Source of the DNA: Podarcis gaigeae
Taxonomy: Eukaryota
DNA: 64,000 bases
Assembly (NCBI GenBank): GCA_964106915.2
Contig: OZ066914.1
Direction: 5' to 3' (one strand)
In this document: positions 24,862 to 38,516 of the stretch, piece by piece
Position numbering within the stretch: the stretch's first letter is position 1
How the letters are laid out: every line of letters starts with the position of its first letter
Made by a program: the position numbers and the translations under genes
Notes under the pieces: model-generated
What the model saw: the letters and a program-made list of their open reading frames with translations, nothing else
What the model was told of the DNA's origin: nothing
The model's database searches: none

Positions 24862-26509
24862 TATATATTTTCCTCGTGGACAGGGACTTCTCTGTTTTTG
24901 TGACGAAACTATGCAAAGTGTTGCATGCACAGTTAATAAGTGTCACGTCGAGCCGTTTAAAAATCACACAATACTTGGCGAGTTGTTCTCAGAGATCTCC
25001 CTGGCAAAAACGCTTGTGCCAGACAGCAAGATCGGCAGGAGATTTTGAAATGAAAGCGAGATGTTATTGAAAGGAAATGTAAACCCGGAGGGAGAATGAT
25101 AGCAGAAAGATGGATGGGATCCAAAGAAAGGTAACTCTTCTTTTGCAATCCCTTTGAGAAGAACCTGGCCAGAGTGCTTTGTGTTCCATGTGACTTAGAC
25201 ACACCTGGCTTTTAGCTGTTGATTGTTGCTGGTAGAGGTTCCTGTGGTTCTTTGCATCAATGCAATCTCTTGGTTAAACATTCCCCCCTATTAGTTGTTC
25301 CAGCAGGAGGGTGCTATTGCTATTTGGCTGATGTGAGGAAAGGAAGGAAGCATGTTCAAAGTTTTAATGTGTTAGCTGTGTCTGCCAAATCTACTGATAG
25401 CTGAGCCATGTTTGTCTTCTTTCTGAATTATAAAATTGGAGGTGTTCAATCATTCTTCCAGGTCAAATGATTTGCTTTTAAAATGTGTTCACAGTAATAA
25501 TTTCCCAATCCTCAGAGGAGCACCCCTGCTGTGTCTCTGCTTGATTTGGGCATTCATTCATTAGTGAGTGGGGACTTGCAGCTGAATAGAGGAGAGGCAG
25601 CTCATAAATGAGACTATGGAATTCACTACCACAAGATGGCTTAAAAATGGGGTTGGACAAAGTCACAGAAGGTGTGGCTGTCAGTGGCTGGCTACTAGAC
25701 GTGCAGCATTCTCCTGAGTACTACTTGCTGGGGACAATTGCGCTTGTTCCCTATTTGTGGGATTTCCACATCATCTGATCTGCCACTGCGGAAAACAGGA
25801 TGCTGGCAAGGTGTGCCTTCCTTCTGATCCAGCAGGGCTTTCCTTACATTTTTACACTCTGGAAACCAACCTCCAAAAGGTGCTACCACCTGATACTCAA
25901 TTATGGTGTGCCCAATACTTTTGAACCCTTTCTCTGCCTTCGGGAGCAAACCTGCAGTTTGATGATGATGCACAATGTGTCGGTTTTATCGGATGCTATT
26001 AAAAAGGAGGAGTGTGTAGTATTAAAATTCTGGGGCGGGGAGCAGAGCAGACCTGACTCTCTTTTACGATAACCACATGGTGCATTTAGAAAGTCTGGGG
26101 AGCATGATTTGGTTAGAATTGGGGGAAGCGAGTGGTGGGATCTGTGGCATTCATAAAGCAACATTTCCCCTATAATTTGATCCACCTACTGTCTCTGTTA
26201 GCATTTAGTTCCATCCTGAAATTAGTGTTCCGTACTGACTAGAATATTGGCTTAAATGCCAGGCAATGTTTTTCTTAATAAAACAGCAGCGAAAGATGTA
26301 GACCCTTACTAAACGCTTATGAATGAGTGGATTGTGTGTGTGTTTGGAAAACCCCTAACCACCTTTCTTAACAAATCAGGATAAGGAGATGTCACACCCT
26401 ATCCATGTGCATTTGGAGCAAAGTGCTTTTGTTTCTTTTCCCAGCTGCCAGTCAAAGAGCAGCTCCTCACGCCTGAGTATGTGCTTAAGTTCCTTAACCT
26501 CCACCACAG

Positions 26510-26541
26510 ACATGCTGCTTGACCTCAGCGATCTCCTTCAG
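26510..26541 (+). CDS. BRF1: BRF1 32-nt coding exon (human exon 4 equivalent)
   Basis: C|AC ATG CTG CTT GAC CTC AGC GAT CTC CTT CAG = HMLLDLSDLLQ, in frame with the previous exon. U12 branch TTCCTTAAC at 26490-26498, CAG ending 26509, donor GTATTG at 26542. Confidence 0.96.
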
Positions 26542-26985
26542 GTATTGTACTGCATCTGCTTTTCTCCAAATGTTCTGCTCAAACATTAATCCTTGCAAGT
26601 GAAGAGCTACTAACGTGGGTGCTTATTCAGGAAGCCTTAATTATCTCTTTTTTTGGTTTAGCAGTGCTGGACAGGAAAATCACAGGGGTTGGAAATCAGG
26701 GATAATTGTTCTATGCAATTAGAGATCAAGTGTTTGGTGCCTCTCGCTCCCTTCAACAAATAACAAATCAACAGTTAGTATCATTGTGATGCTAACGAAC
26801 TTGCTGCTGAGGCAGTGGCCCAAGGTCAGATTTTATATACCTGCCTCCCCCCAACCTGGTGCCCTCCAGATGTTTTGGACTACAACTCCCATCATCCCTA
26901 GCTAGCAAGACCAGTGGTCAGGGATAATGGGAATTGTAGTCCAAAAACAGCTGGAGACCCAAGTTTAGGAAGCACTGCTTTAGAG

Positions 26986-27362
26986 CAGTGTTTCTCAACC
27001 ACGGGCTGTATACCCCCCTGGTGGCCCCATAGACTATTCCAAAGGGGCCACAGGTGAAAATCACGTAAATGTAGGGTTCACGGCATGAGACTAGGGAGCC
27101 ACAGAGGGAAGTGAGAAGTGAAGAAAACAGAATTGACTGAGAAAAGAAATCAGAAAAGAAAAAAGAAAACAGAGAAGTGGAAGAGAATAGAAAACAAGAG
27201 TAGAGTCAACCGAGAAGTGACCATGCTTCCCAGTGGATTTGTAAAAATTATAAATAAGACATGTTCTATTTACAAGCAAGACATTTAAATAGCTACCTTT
27301 AGCCACAGGAAGGAAACAAGGTCGGAAGGGGACCATGGTCGGAAAAAGGTTGAGAACCATTG
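26986..27362. mobile_element. Non-autonomous hAT (Charlie-like) transposon
   Basis: TIRs cagtgtttctcaacc / ggttgagaaccattg; TSD ctttagag / ctctagag. Confidence 0.85.
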
Positions 27363-30300
27363 CTCTAGAGTTTCAGACTGGTGAGGACTTTGCCAGCCCT
27401 ACCTGGGACCATCTACATGCAGAGTAGGTTTTCTACCACCGAGATGCAACCTTCCTTCTACTCCAGGACATTTGGGTGGCGCAAGATTGGGGTAGCAGGG
27501 CATGTCATTTTATGGGATGAAGCTTAATTTTTGCAAATTTCATCAGTGATGACATTTAAAAAATATTTTTGGGTGTGAGGAATGCAAATCCACTGTTATT
27601 TTTGTGACTGCGCAGCATTTAGCTTGTTAAGTCTACTGATGAAGCGCATAAACTGCTTTCGGAAAACAAACCAATTTTTGTTTTAATCCTTCTGAAAATG
27701 TCAGGTGATGCTAAATAAATATAAACGTAAATCAATAATATAGTTGCAAGTACATGGCACACATTTTCTAATGATTTCTATGCAGTTTTACAACTTTTCA
27801 GCACCCTTCGTCTTTGGAATTTGAAAGTTGGGAAATTCAGCATGCCCTATTGGGGTAGGCTTTTATGCACCATTCAAGCTATCTTTTACTTGTTATGAAA
27901 TTATAAAAAATGTGAAATAGAGGGCCATGGGTCAAAAGGGGGGAGAAAATATTTTAGCAGGGATGGCTTGAAAAGAGAATGATTGATACACATGGGGTTG
28001 TTGTATATTTTCTGAATAATTAGGTTGATGGTTGAATGAGTTTTAGCCTCTGGTAGTTGGTGTTGCATGATAACTATTTGGACTAAAAGTGCACACGGAG
28101 TTGTCTGTAGAAGTGCATTAAGGATTGGCATTCTCAACGGTTATATATATGTGTGTTGCATGTGTTTGATATGACCATCCCATATCAAAATATTCTATAC
28201 ACAACTCAGCTGGTAGAGGTTATTTTTGGCCTCTCCAGCTGTCTTTAGTAACTGGCATCCTCTCATCGACTGCGTGGAGCTTCAAAGAACCTTTGGGAAT
28301 TGCAGTAATTTAACAAATTTTTATTCTTAAAGGAGCCAATGCTAAAAATAAACTCCATATAGCAGTATGTCAGAGGTGGTAGAGAGACATTGGGGTTTCA
28401 TGGCTGCCAATGCTGATTTTTATTATATGATAGATAGTTATAGAAGGAAACATTTAGCTCTTTTGGATTGTTGAATCTCTTTGACAGGTGGATTTATTTA
28501 TAGTCCCACTATTTCCCACCCTTTTCAGGTTCACTTTTGACATCAGCCTAAAGCATGGTGTCTGCTTATTAAATACTGTATACATGCCCATTTTTGTCCT
28601 CTCTCTTGCCTACTCTTTCCCCTCCTACTCTTTTTCCTTTTCTTAAAAAAATCTGTCAAAAGGAGCAACAACAGAAGAAAAAGTGGTGATCATGGAATCA
28701 TAGGATTTTAGAGTCAGAAGGGACCCTGAGGGTCATCTAGTCTAACCCGCTCCAATGCAGGAATCTGAGCTAAAGCATCCATGGCAGATGGCCGTCCAAA
28801 CACTGCTTTAAAAACCCCAAGGAAGGAGAGCCCACAACCTCTCAAGGGAGACCGTTCTCCTGTCAAATAGCTCTTACTGTCAGAAAGTTCTTCCTAACAT
28901 TTAATCAGAATCTCTTTTCTTGTAACTTGAAGCCACTGATTTAAGTCCTACCCTTCAGAGCAGGAGAAAACAAGCTTGTTCCCTCTTCCCTCACGATCAT
29001 TCCCACAGAAGGGCATGTTGAATCTTTCAGCTTTCAAATTCCAAAAATGAGCGGTCCTAAAAAGTTGCAACGTGATTTTGGAATTCACAAGAAATTTGGG
29101 TTAGATTAATATAACATAGATTTGCTTGGTAAGTAAAATGTGTGTAAAAGTGCGCGGAAATAATTAAAAAGGATTGCCAAGCACTTGCAGATATATTATT
29201 ATTTTAAATTATTATTTAGCATTACTTGACATTTTCAGAAGGTAAAATTAAAACTCTTTGGTTTTCCGAAAGCGTTTTATGTGCTTCTTTATCAAAAGTA
29301 GACTTACCAAGATAACTGTTGTCCAGTTCCCCAAATAGTAGCAGATTAAAATTAATCACACCCAAAAACATATTTTTAAGACCCCTCATTAAGAAATTTG
29401 CAAAAATTAAGTTTCGCTGCCTAAAATGACACGCCCTATTTCCACGGGGCAATTGAAGGTAGATCGCTCTGTGGGTGGAGGGGGAAATCCTGCTGGATAA
29501 AGTCCTTAAGTGCCTTTGCCTGTCTCTGTCCATGATGGTTACATGCTTAAATACAGACTAGGAGGAAGTGGGTGTGAGAGGCTCAGGCTAGTTACTAACC
29601 CACATTTTATGTAGCTTACTATAGCTAAGGGTAGTTGGGTTGAAATGTCATCTACTAATTAGGATGATGTTGATGACTGCTTGATGACTTTGCTGTTCAG
29701 TTTATGGCACTTGTAATAATTAGCTCGCATGTAACTCTTTAATGTCTTGTCTAAAGCTGATATTTGAAATGGTTCCTTAAATTCTTAGATTTAGGAATTT
29801 AAATTTAAAGTCTGGATTTGCCAGACTTTCGAGAATTCTGTGGCCAGAGAAAAATCAATTCACCGTACAGCTCGCCGGGTAGATTTTGTTCACAAACTGG
29901 TGGTGACTATAGTCAGGAAGAACTTCCCTCTCTGCTCACACCTGTGAGTTTCATGTCCGAATGGGATGACACTATCTTCAGATGAGGCACTTCTGGGGGC
30001 TCCCCATGCCCCAGAGGTTCTGTGGGGCTTCTCCAAAGGATTGATCCTTTAGTGTGGCAGGCCCTGCCCTATGGAACTCCCTGCCGGTAGAAGTTCAGCA
30101 GGAACCATCCTTCTCTTCTTTCAGATGTCTTTTGAAAACTAGATTGCAAAGGTCTGTCTGAAAAATGCATTCCCCCCCCCCCTTGCAACCAATCAGTAAT
30201 TATTGGTGATTTTAATGATGGCTTTATGGGCAATTTTTTTTATTTCATTTTTATATATTGTATACAGCAGGTTATAAATACAGTGCATAAATAAATATAA

Positions 30301-32094
30301 TGCATTCTGCTGGGTTTTATCAGGTTGATGGGGGAAGGTCACCTTAAACTCTTAATAGAAAGCCCCCTGGAGCAACCCCATCCTAAACTGTGTGAAAATG
30401 TGCTGACTGCTGACGGAATTTTTATGTTCCTGAGGTTCGTCTTATACTCACTAAGACCAGGGCTTTTAGTGTGGTGAGACCTGCCCTTTGGAATGCACCC
30501 AAAGTGAATATCAGGCAGGCGCATACAGTATTTGTATTTAGGCACATGCTTAAAATGCCTCACCTGAGCAGTGTTCCAGCTCTGTTGGTTTATTAAGGTG
30601 ATCTACTGATTTGTGATGCATCTTGTTTTATAAATGTAATTTTCTGGTTGATGTTATGCTGCTGGCCATTTTGATATATTTTTCTTAATGTTGCCCAATT
30701 AGGTCGGTTTTTTTTGCCCTTGCAGGCTAGGTCCACCCTTGTCTGTTCTCCATCGACATTCTTTGATGGCCGTATTGCCGCTTGCCTTTCTCCTGATCTG
30801 GAGGAAAAAACTAGATGTTACATGGAGTTTTACAGGCTCAGGCTTGCAGAAATGATATAGTGAACCCCCCCCCCCAACCACCATGGAAGTCAGGAATTGA
30901 AGGGTAAAAAAAAGTTGTTTTGTGCAAAAACTCCACTCTAAATTGAGAGCTGAGATTTTAAAATGAGAGAACTGGAGGAATTATCCAGTATTGAAGCTTT
31001 GTACTCTGAAAGTAGAGTTTTTTAAACAACTCTTTTTTCACTGGGATGATTTCTCCACAAAGGTAAACCCCAGTCATTGGAGACATTGTTTGGAGAACTG
31101 CTTGACTTGGTATAGTATGAGGAAATAATGCATAGCATGGTTAAAGAAATAATTCAAAAGAGTGAACTGATAGTCTCAGTAGATGTTGAAATTCCTCCTT
31201 TGGAAACAATCTTGATCTCTCTTGGCTGGCTGTCACCAGATAATAATTATTTCATCCCTGAAATATTTCTTTTGTAATCTCCAGAGTGAAACGGTGGATC
31301 TTATTTTTACAGTAAGTTTTGAACAGCTGGTAACCTGATATGGAGCCTGGTTGCTTGAGTGCCTTAGCTATCTGCTTTGCCTGGAATTGCTTTTCTTGAC
31401 CTTGTTGATGACGAAGCGTTTGCAACTAGGTCCCCCTACTTACCTGTTGTCTTTAATAGACTAAGTGCTACTGTGATTGGCATCTCATCATTTGGGAATC
31501 AAATGAGCTTCGGGTAAATGCAGCTTGATATTTGAAACCCCGGTTTGCACAGAAAGCTGGGGAAGGCTCAACCGGAGCTTGCTACCTAAAATAATATTTG
31601 CAATTTCCCAGGCTCTTTTTGAAGTGTTCTAATTGTTTTTTTAAGCAATCCACATGACAACCCTGGTAGGTATGTGTTAGTCCAAACAGGGGTCCTATTT
31701 GTTATCCTCACCTGCACCTCAGTGACTAACCTGTTTTGCTCTGGTGAGGATGATGATGAGAAACTCAGCTGTCCTCTCCAGTTTGGAGTAGGAGAGTCGG
31801 TGGGGATTGTCCATTGTTCTGAGCTTTGGATCAGGCATAGGCAAACTCGGCCCTCCAGATGTTTTGGGACTACAATGCCCATCATCCCTGACCACTGAGG
31901 TGCTCCTGCATCCCGCACTCCGAGCATCCTCTAGTATGCGCAGCTCTGAAAAAGGCATTTCCCTTCTTCTCCAGTGCGCTCAGTGACATATACCAGATGG
32001 CATATGCACACTAATCTTCTAGCATTGCACAGCAAAAAGCGTGAGACATCGTAGAGCTCATCTACGTATTTATTTACACACTATGTACAGACAA

Positions 32095-32445
32095 GGGACG
32101 CAGGTGGCGCTGTGGGTTAAACCACAGAGCCTAGGACATGCCGATCAGAAGGTCGGTGGTTCGAATCTCTGCGATGGGGTGAGCTCCCGTTGCTCGGTCC
32201 CTGATCCTGCTAACCTAGCAGTTCAAAAGCAAGTCAAAGTGCAAGTAGATAAATAGGGACCGCTGAGGTGGGAAGGTAAACAGCGTTTCCGTGTGCTGCT
32301 CTGGTTCGCCAGAAGCAGTCTAGTCATGCTGGCCACATGATCCGGAAGCTGTACGCCGGCTCCCTCGGCCAATAAAGCGAGATGAGCGCCGCAACCCCGG
32401 AGTCGGTCACGACTGGACCTAATGGTCAGGGGTCCCTTTAACTTT
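32095..32445 (+). mobile_element. Sauria SINE (Squam1)
   Basis: Full-length head to tail. 13-bp TSD tatgtacagacaa at 32082-32094 and 32446-32458. Confidence 0.92.
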
Positions 32446-34767
32446 TATGTACAGACAAAGAATTATGGCATCCTCTCTCATCAGCTCCAAGAGAGAATAG
32501 GACGAAGTAAAAACAAAAGTACAGTCCAACAGTACCCGCAACAGAAGAGAGAAAAGGCTGTCTTCCGTTCCCACGGTCTTCCCAGACAGGCATGTGATTT
32601 ACACCAATCACATCTGCAGCATCAGATGCATAAAATGCTAACACCTGTTAGCTAGGGATGATGGGAGTTGTAGTCCCAAAACATCCTATGCCTGCTTTAG
32701 ATGCTCAGTGCAGTTATGGGAAAGGTCATCCCTTCTGTTGCATAGGAATACTCCCCACCTCCAGGAAGGGGGATTGCCCCTGCTCTTCCATGGAGGTGCA
32801 GTTGAGGTTGCAGAGAAGAGGAGGGCAGAATGATGGTGATCACAGATTTTGGCTTGGTTACCAAAGCCAGTCAAAATTTGCGGATCCCCATTTCCAACAT
32901 TGCAGATGGAGAGCCGAGGCCTAAGAGCAAAGTGGCTTGCCGAAGTGAGATTGTGACAAAGGCAGTGCTGGATGCTGTGGAGATCTGAGTATTGTAGGAA
33001 AGAAATGTATTTATCTTTGAAAAGGCAGTTTGCGGCAACCGAAAAGTGAAATGCACCTGTGCTATTTGATGGAATCCATGTAAGAAGCAAGAATTTTGAA
33101 TGTGTGCAGATGATGACACTCCTCCTCCTTCCCCCGCCCCACTGCTAAAAAAAAAAAAAAAGGAAAAAGACCCAGAGCAGAGGACGGATGCTTGTAAAAT
33201 ATTTACAGCAAAGCACCGTAAATTGACACAATGCAACAACGCAGCCCCATCATTGATTCACATTGAGTACCTTGTGGTTATCTCCTCTCTCATTGTTGGT
33301 ATAAAGCTCCAGATTCAAGCTTATAAATACTTTATAATTCCAAAATGAAGTGTGAGCATGTGTGTGTTCTCCAGCTGAAGCATCAGTAACACTTGCTTAT
33401 CAAGGGACTCTAAACCAATTTCTTCCTGCTGACTTTTTGTACTGGCATTAAACATGTATGAGGTCTATGGAAAAACCCAGTGGAGCAATGGAATAGTGAG
33501 CAGTGCATTGCAGGCTTCCTATCTCAATCGATGACAAAACCAAACTCTGGGAAATTGTACTTTGAGAGTTTAGATCAGAAATTCCCAAGGGTCTCTGATA
33601 TCAAGTGTTTTGTTTTTCCTTTTTGCAAAGCTAAGCTGTCTGCCCTGCTCTTGGAGTACAAATGGAAGGAGTAGGGTAGATTAGGGACAGAGACAGTTTT
33701 TCTTCGGGAATTGGGTAGGGGGTAAAATAAAGGAATCATTGTCTGTGGTGTCTGTGTGTGGAGGGGGAATTGCTCAGTAGTAGGACACTCTAGAAATTCC
33801 TGGTAAAAAGGATCAGGTAGGAGGCGATAGGAAAGACCTCCCTCTGCTGAAGACTGTTGAGGACCATTGCTAGTCAGAATTGTCAATGCTGGGCTAGTCT
33901 AAGGTCATTTTACTTTCTGCTGTTGTTTCTTTTTGGACAGAAATAATCAAAAGAGAGATCTGTACCACAATAATTACACAGTTAAACCGCAATCCACCAT
34001 CTTACTTCAGGTGTGGGGAACCTTTGACCCTCCAGATGTTGAACTACAACTCTCAGTAGCCTATTGCCAAGGTTGATGGGAGTTGTAGTTCAGCAACGTC
34101 TGGAGGGCTAAAGGTTCTCCACACCTGCTCTATATTCTTCTGACTCCAGCTTTAGACAAAATGAGGTAAACTAATATGGGTAAAATCCAGTATTGTCTGA
34201 GCAGAAGTCTTCACCCCAACGCTCTGGAGCAGATGGTGGGGTGCGGGGTGCAGGAGGGCAGAGGACAGTGAATTGCAGTCATTTGAGTGGACATCATGAC
34301 ACTCAGGAGCAGACATACCAGTCTGAGTCAATTTACACCAAATCATAATAAAGTAATTGTAAGCATGGCTTGGTATGCTATCTCAGTAAGCAAGCACTGG
34401 CTTGCTGATAACAAACTAGACTCTGAAGTCATGGATGGGATTTGAACACCATGGTTTACAGGAAGTATGATTTGGTATGCTGTGTGACTTGACAAACCAT
34501 AGTTATAGCTTTTACTCTGCCTCTGGGAAGCCCTTGCACTAATAGAAACTGGAGCAACTGAACAGGTAGAATACGCAACTATGGCTTACCCTAGTTTGGG
34601 AACCCCTGTCCATGATTTGTTCAAAACTATTGTTAGTGCAAACCGTGTTTTGGTGTGACCACCAGCTGGACCAAGCACTTAAAAAAAAACTTGGCAGGAT
34701 AGAGGAGGAAAATGAAAAATAAATTGTAATGCTGCCTTTATCTTAGATTCATAGAATTGTAGAGTAT

Positions 34768-35148
34768 TTGTTGTTGTTTAGTCGTTTAGTTGTGTCCGAC
34801 TCTTTGAGACCCCATGGACCAGAGCACGCCAGGCACTCCTGTCTTCCACTGCCTCCCGCACTTTGGTCAGACTCATGTTCGTAGCTTCGAGAACACTGTC
34901 CAACCATCTCGTCCTCTATCGTCCCCTTTCATGTCTTTCCCAACATCAGGGTCTTTTCCAGGGAGTCTTCTCTTCTCATGAGGTGGCCAAAGTATTGGAG
35001 CCTCAGCTTCAGGATCTGTCCTTCTAGTGAGCACTCAGGGCTGATTTCCTTAAGAACGGATGTGTTTGATCTTCTTGGAGTCCATGGGACTCTCAAGAGT
35101 CTCCTCCAGCACCATAATTCAAAAGCATCAATTCTTCGGCAATCAGCC
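34768..35148 (-). mobile_element. RTE-BovB LINE 3' fragment
   Basis: (CAA)n tail and BovB-like RT C-terminus. 9-bp TSD gtagagtat at 34759-34767 and 35149-35157. Confidence 0.9.
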
Positions 35149-36624
35149 GTAGAGTATAGCGTCCAAAATTATATTTGGGTCACACTCAGTAATAAGATGT
35201 CTAACTGGCAGAATGTTACAGGTGGATCTTGCCCCATAATTTTATTTCCATACTACAAAAGGCTTACTCTGTTTAATTTATGCCAGTCACACAGCAGTTA
35301 AAGGCACAAGGCATCATTCACTTTGTCTCTGTACCTGTATTTCTTGCTTCAAGCTGCTCCTGTTGGAAGAGAGTAAATATCTTCTCAGAGAAGATACAGG
35401 AAATGCCTCACATTCCTTCTTTCTGGATGCTTAGCAAGAGTGATTAAAGCGACTAAGCTTCCTTAGCAATAGAAGTGCTGACATACCTGCCAAATAAGCC
35501 TTAGAACATTGTCTCCATTACAAAAAGCTAAATCAGAGTCAGGGCTCCTGCTGCGGGGTACAGAGGTTGTATGTGAAGATAAACTACCGGTAGATATGGT
35601 TCCAAGTTCTACCAAATGAAGTTAATTTGCCTTCAGGTGACCTGGCAATTACGGGAACTACTTTCAGGAGTAGTTCATTTTTGAACTCCTTCTGTGAACT
35701 TCATCCAGTTGAACTAGTTCAGTCCAAGTGCTGTTCAAGACTCAGTTTGACGATAATCCTACACTTTTTCAAGGCTGTGGGAAGGGAGAAAGATGCAAAA
35801 TGCATTGCAGTGTGATATCTGAAGTGAAGCTTCTTGAATATTTTAGGGTCTTTTTTTGGAGTGGGGGGGGGGGAGAAACACTTCCAGATGCTGGTGCCCC
35901 TAAACATTGGTAGCAATTTCAGCTCTGTGCCCTGACTAAGGCTACCAGATATTTTTCAATAAATCCGGGGATTTATAAGAAGTCTTAGAGCTGCAGGTCA
36001 TCCTATTAAGAGGGTGGCACTGTAAATTGGAGAAAGCACGTCACTTCTCTTAGCAGTTTCCCAAAAAGCCTATAAAGCCATTTTCTTGATAGGACATCTA
36101 TAGAACCTATTGCATAGGAAAAAACACATACTAAGTATAAATAACTATGAAATGAGAATGATTACTGTCAGTGAAATTTGCCCCCCCCCCCCCGCAAGCA
36201 TAGGTAGCTATCCACAGATTATAAAAGAAAGCTTGAAGGAGCTTTGAGATCAGCTTGTTACACCCTGATCAGCATCTGGGTTTACTGAGTGCCACTTACG
36301 CACTAACCTCTGCTGTACATTTTCTGACACCCCTTTCTGTTTTCCCATTGACTTGGTTAAAGTCTTTTTCTTCCTCCAATACCCCAAATGTGGTATCTTT
36401 CAAAACAGCAATTTAAAATCATCTGTATCTATGTATTACAATGGATGTTCAGAAAGTGAAAAATATTGACATTTGCACACGGATTCCACCCTGGACTCCA
36501 TATACGGTTCATATACGGGGACACACACACACACACACACACACACATGCGTGTGTGTCTGTATATGAACTACGAAGGTTGTGATTCGAGCTTAAAAAAT
36601 CTGAGAATTAGCAAAGTGCTTAGC

Positions 36625-36750
36625 GACTGGGATTGCTCAGTTGGTAGAGCATGAGACTCTTATCTAAGAGCCTTTGGTTTGAGCCCCACGGTGGGCAGGG
36701 GGTTGGGCTAGGTGGTCCTTGTGCTCCCTTCCAACTCCCCCATTCCATGA
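36625..36750 (+). mobile_element. tRNA-Lys-derived SINE with CR1 tail
   Basis: gctcagttggtagagcatgagactctta...gagccccacggtgggc resembles tRNA-Lys(CTT), joined to agggggttgggctag...cccttccaactc. Confidence 0.72.
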
Positions 36751-37121
36751 AATTGGTAGCCTATCAAAGGCCACACATGGCATGCGGTGAAGCTTCCAGT
36801 TCTTTTTATTAGGTTGTATCCAATCGTAGTTTTGGCCTAGTGGAAAGTGCTTATGATGGTGCAAGCCACAGAACCCACTTGTTGACAATGCGCGGTATCT
36901 CTCTCTGTGCTGTATCCCATGTTGTTCTTTGTACCTGTTCTCTCTGTGCCACATCCCACGCTGGCTGGCCTTCAGACACATCTTTCTGGCAGGCACAAGA
37001 GTCTAGTGGGTAGAGGGAATTGGTGAAAATTGGGTGCCCTAACTCACATGAGTGGAAATGTTTCTGCTAGTGCAAAGTCACCACAGTATTATGACTCAAT
37101 GTGGATATTTTTGCTGATGAC

Positions 37122-37435
37122 CAGGGCCGGATTTAGGTTTGAGGAGGCCCTAAGCTACTGAAGGTATTGGGGCCCTTTATATGTCCAGTTGTCCTTTGTC
37201 AAATTGTCACTGTTTTTTGTGTCGAATATGTACTGTATGGTAATTTATTCACCTAATAGGTATCTAAAGCCATTTGCCACTGTGCTGTATGTAGGTTTTA
37301 TTTTATTTGTTTTTTATCTTATATTTTGGAAATGTACATCCAGGTTGTTTTTCCTTTAAATTATTTGGGGGGCCCCCCAAGAGAGTGGGGCCCTAAGCTA
37401 TAGCTTGTTTAGCTTATATGTAAATCCGGCACATG
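37122..37435. mobile_element. Probable non-autonomous DNA transposon (hAT-like)
   Basis: Inverted ends cagggccggattta / taaatccggcac; internal repeat ggccctaagcta; TSD degenerate. Confidence 0.6.
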
Positions 37436-37451
37436 CCAATGAGACTGGTAA

Positions 37452-37688
<237 letters not shown>

Positions 37689-38179
37689 TAATAAGAGTTG
37701 ACTTTCGGTACGTGGGTATACTTGTGCCATGATTTCATGGCAGCTTCTCAAGCTAAAAAAAACACATTTACATAATGCAATTTAACCTGTATGTAGAAGG
37801 CATTTGAATACTAAATCCAAGGAGTCCAGAGATGAAAGCTGCCAATTAAAAGCACAGAGGTAACTTTAGAACAGAAAAATCTTAAGTAGTTTATTATCAG
37901 CAGTGTGAGCAAGATAAGGCTCCCTCTTCCAATTACGTCTGTCTTTTATTTATTTATTTATTTTAAGTAAACGAACAGGCTCGGATTAAAAGCATGAAAT
38001 TGTTGATTGAAATTCAGTAGAAATGGTGCAAGTTATCTTAGCAAATATTTAATGTGGTCACCTTTAGTGTGGGAGACTTTGCAATTAGACATTGAAGTAT
38101 TGCAACCAGCACTTACCCCTTCAGCCACTTTGGCTTCTTGGAAGTAGATCTACTCAGAAGCAACATCACACCCTTGTGT

Positions 38180-38197
38180 ATAATAATAATAATAGTA

Positions 38198-38248
<51 letters not shown>

Positions 38249-38516
38249 TTTTATTATTTATACTCCGCCCATCTGGCTGGGCTTCCCCAGCCACTCTGGG
38301 CGGCTTCCAAAAGAATATTAAAAAACTGTGATACATCAAACATTAAAAGCTTCCCTAAACAGGGATGCCTTCAGATGTCTTCTAAAAGTCTGGTAGTTGT
38401 TGTTCTCTTTGACATCTGGTGGGAGGGCGTTCCACAGGGAGGGCGCCACTACCGAGAAGGCCCTCTGCCTGGTTCCCTGTAACTTGGCTTCTCGCAGTGA
38501 GGGAACCGCCAGAAGG
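38180..38516 (-). mobile_element. L2 LINE 3' end, same or closely related family
   Basis: (AAT)n tail followed by tttatactccgcccatctggctgg... matching the other L2 copies. Confidence 0.88.

Larger units (their letters stand above)
2782..26509 (+). other. BRF1: U12-type (minor spliceosome) GT-AG intron of BRF1
   Basis: 5' site GTATCCTTT (2782-2790). Branch TTCCTTAAC (26490-26498) lies 11 nt before the intron end, with no polypyrimidine tract. Confidence 0.93.
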
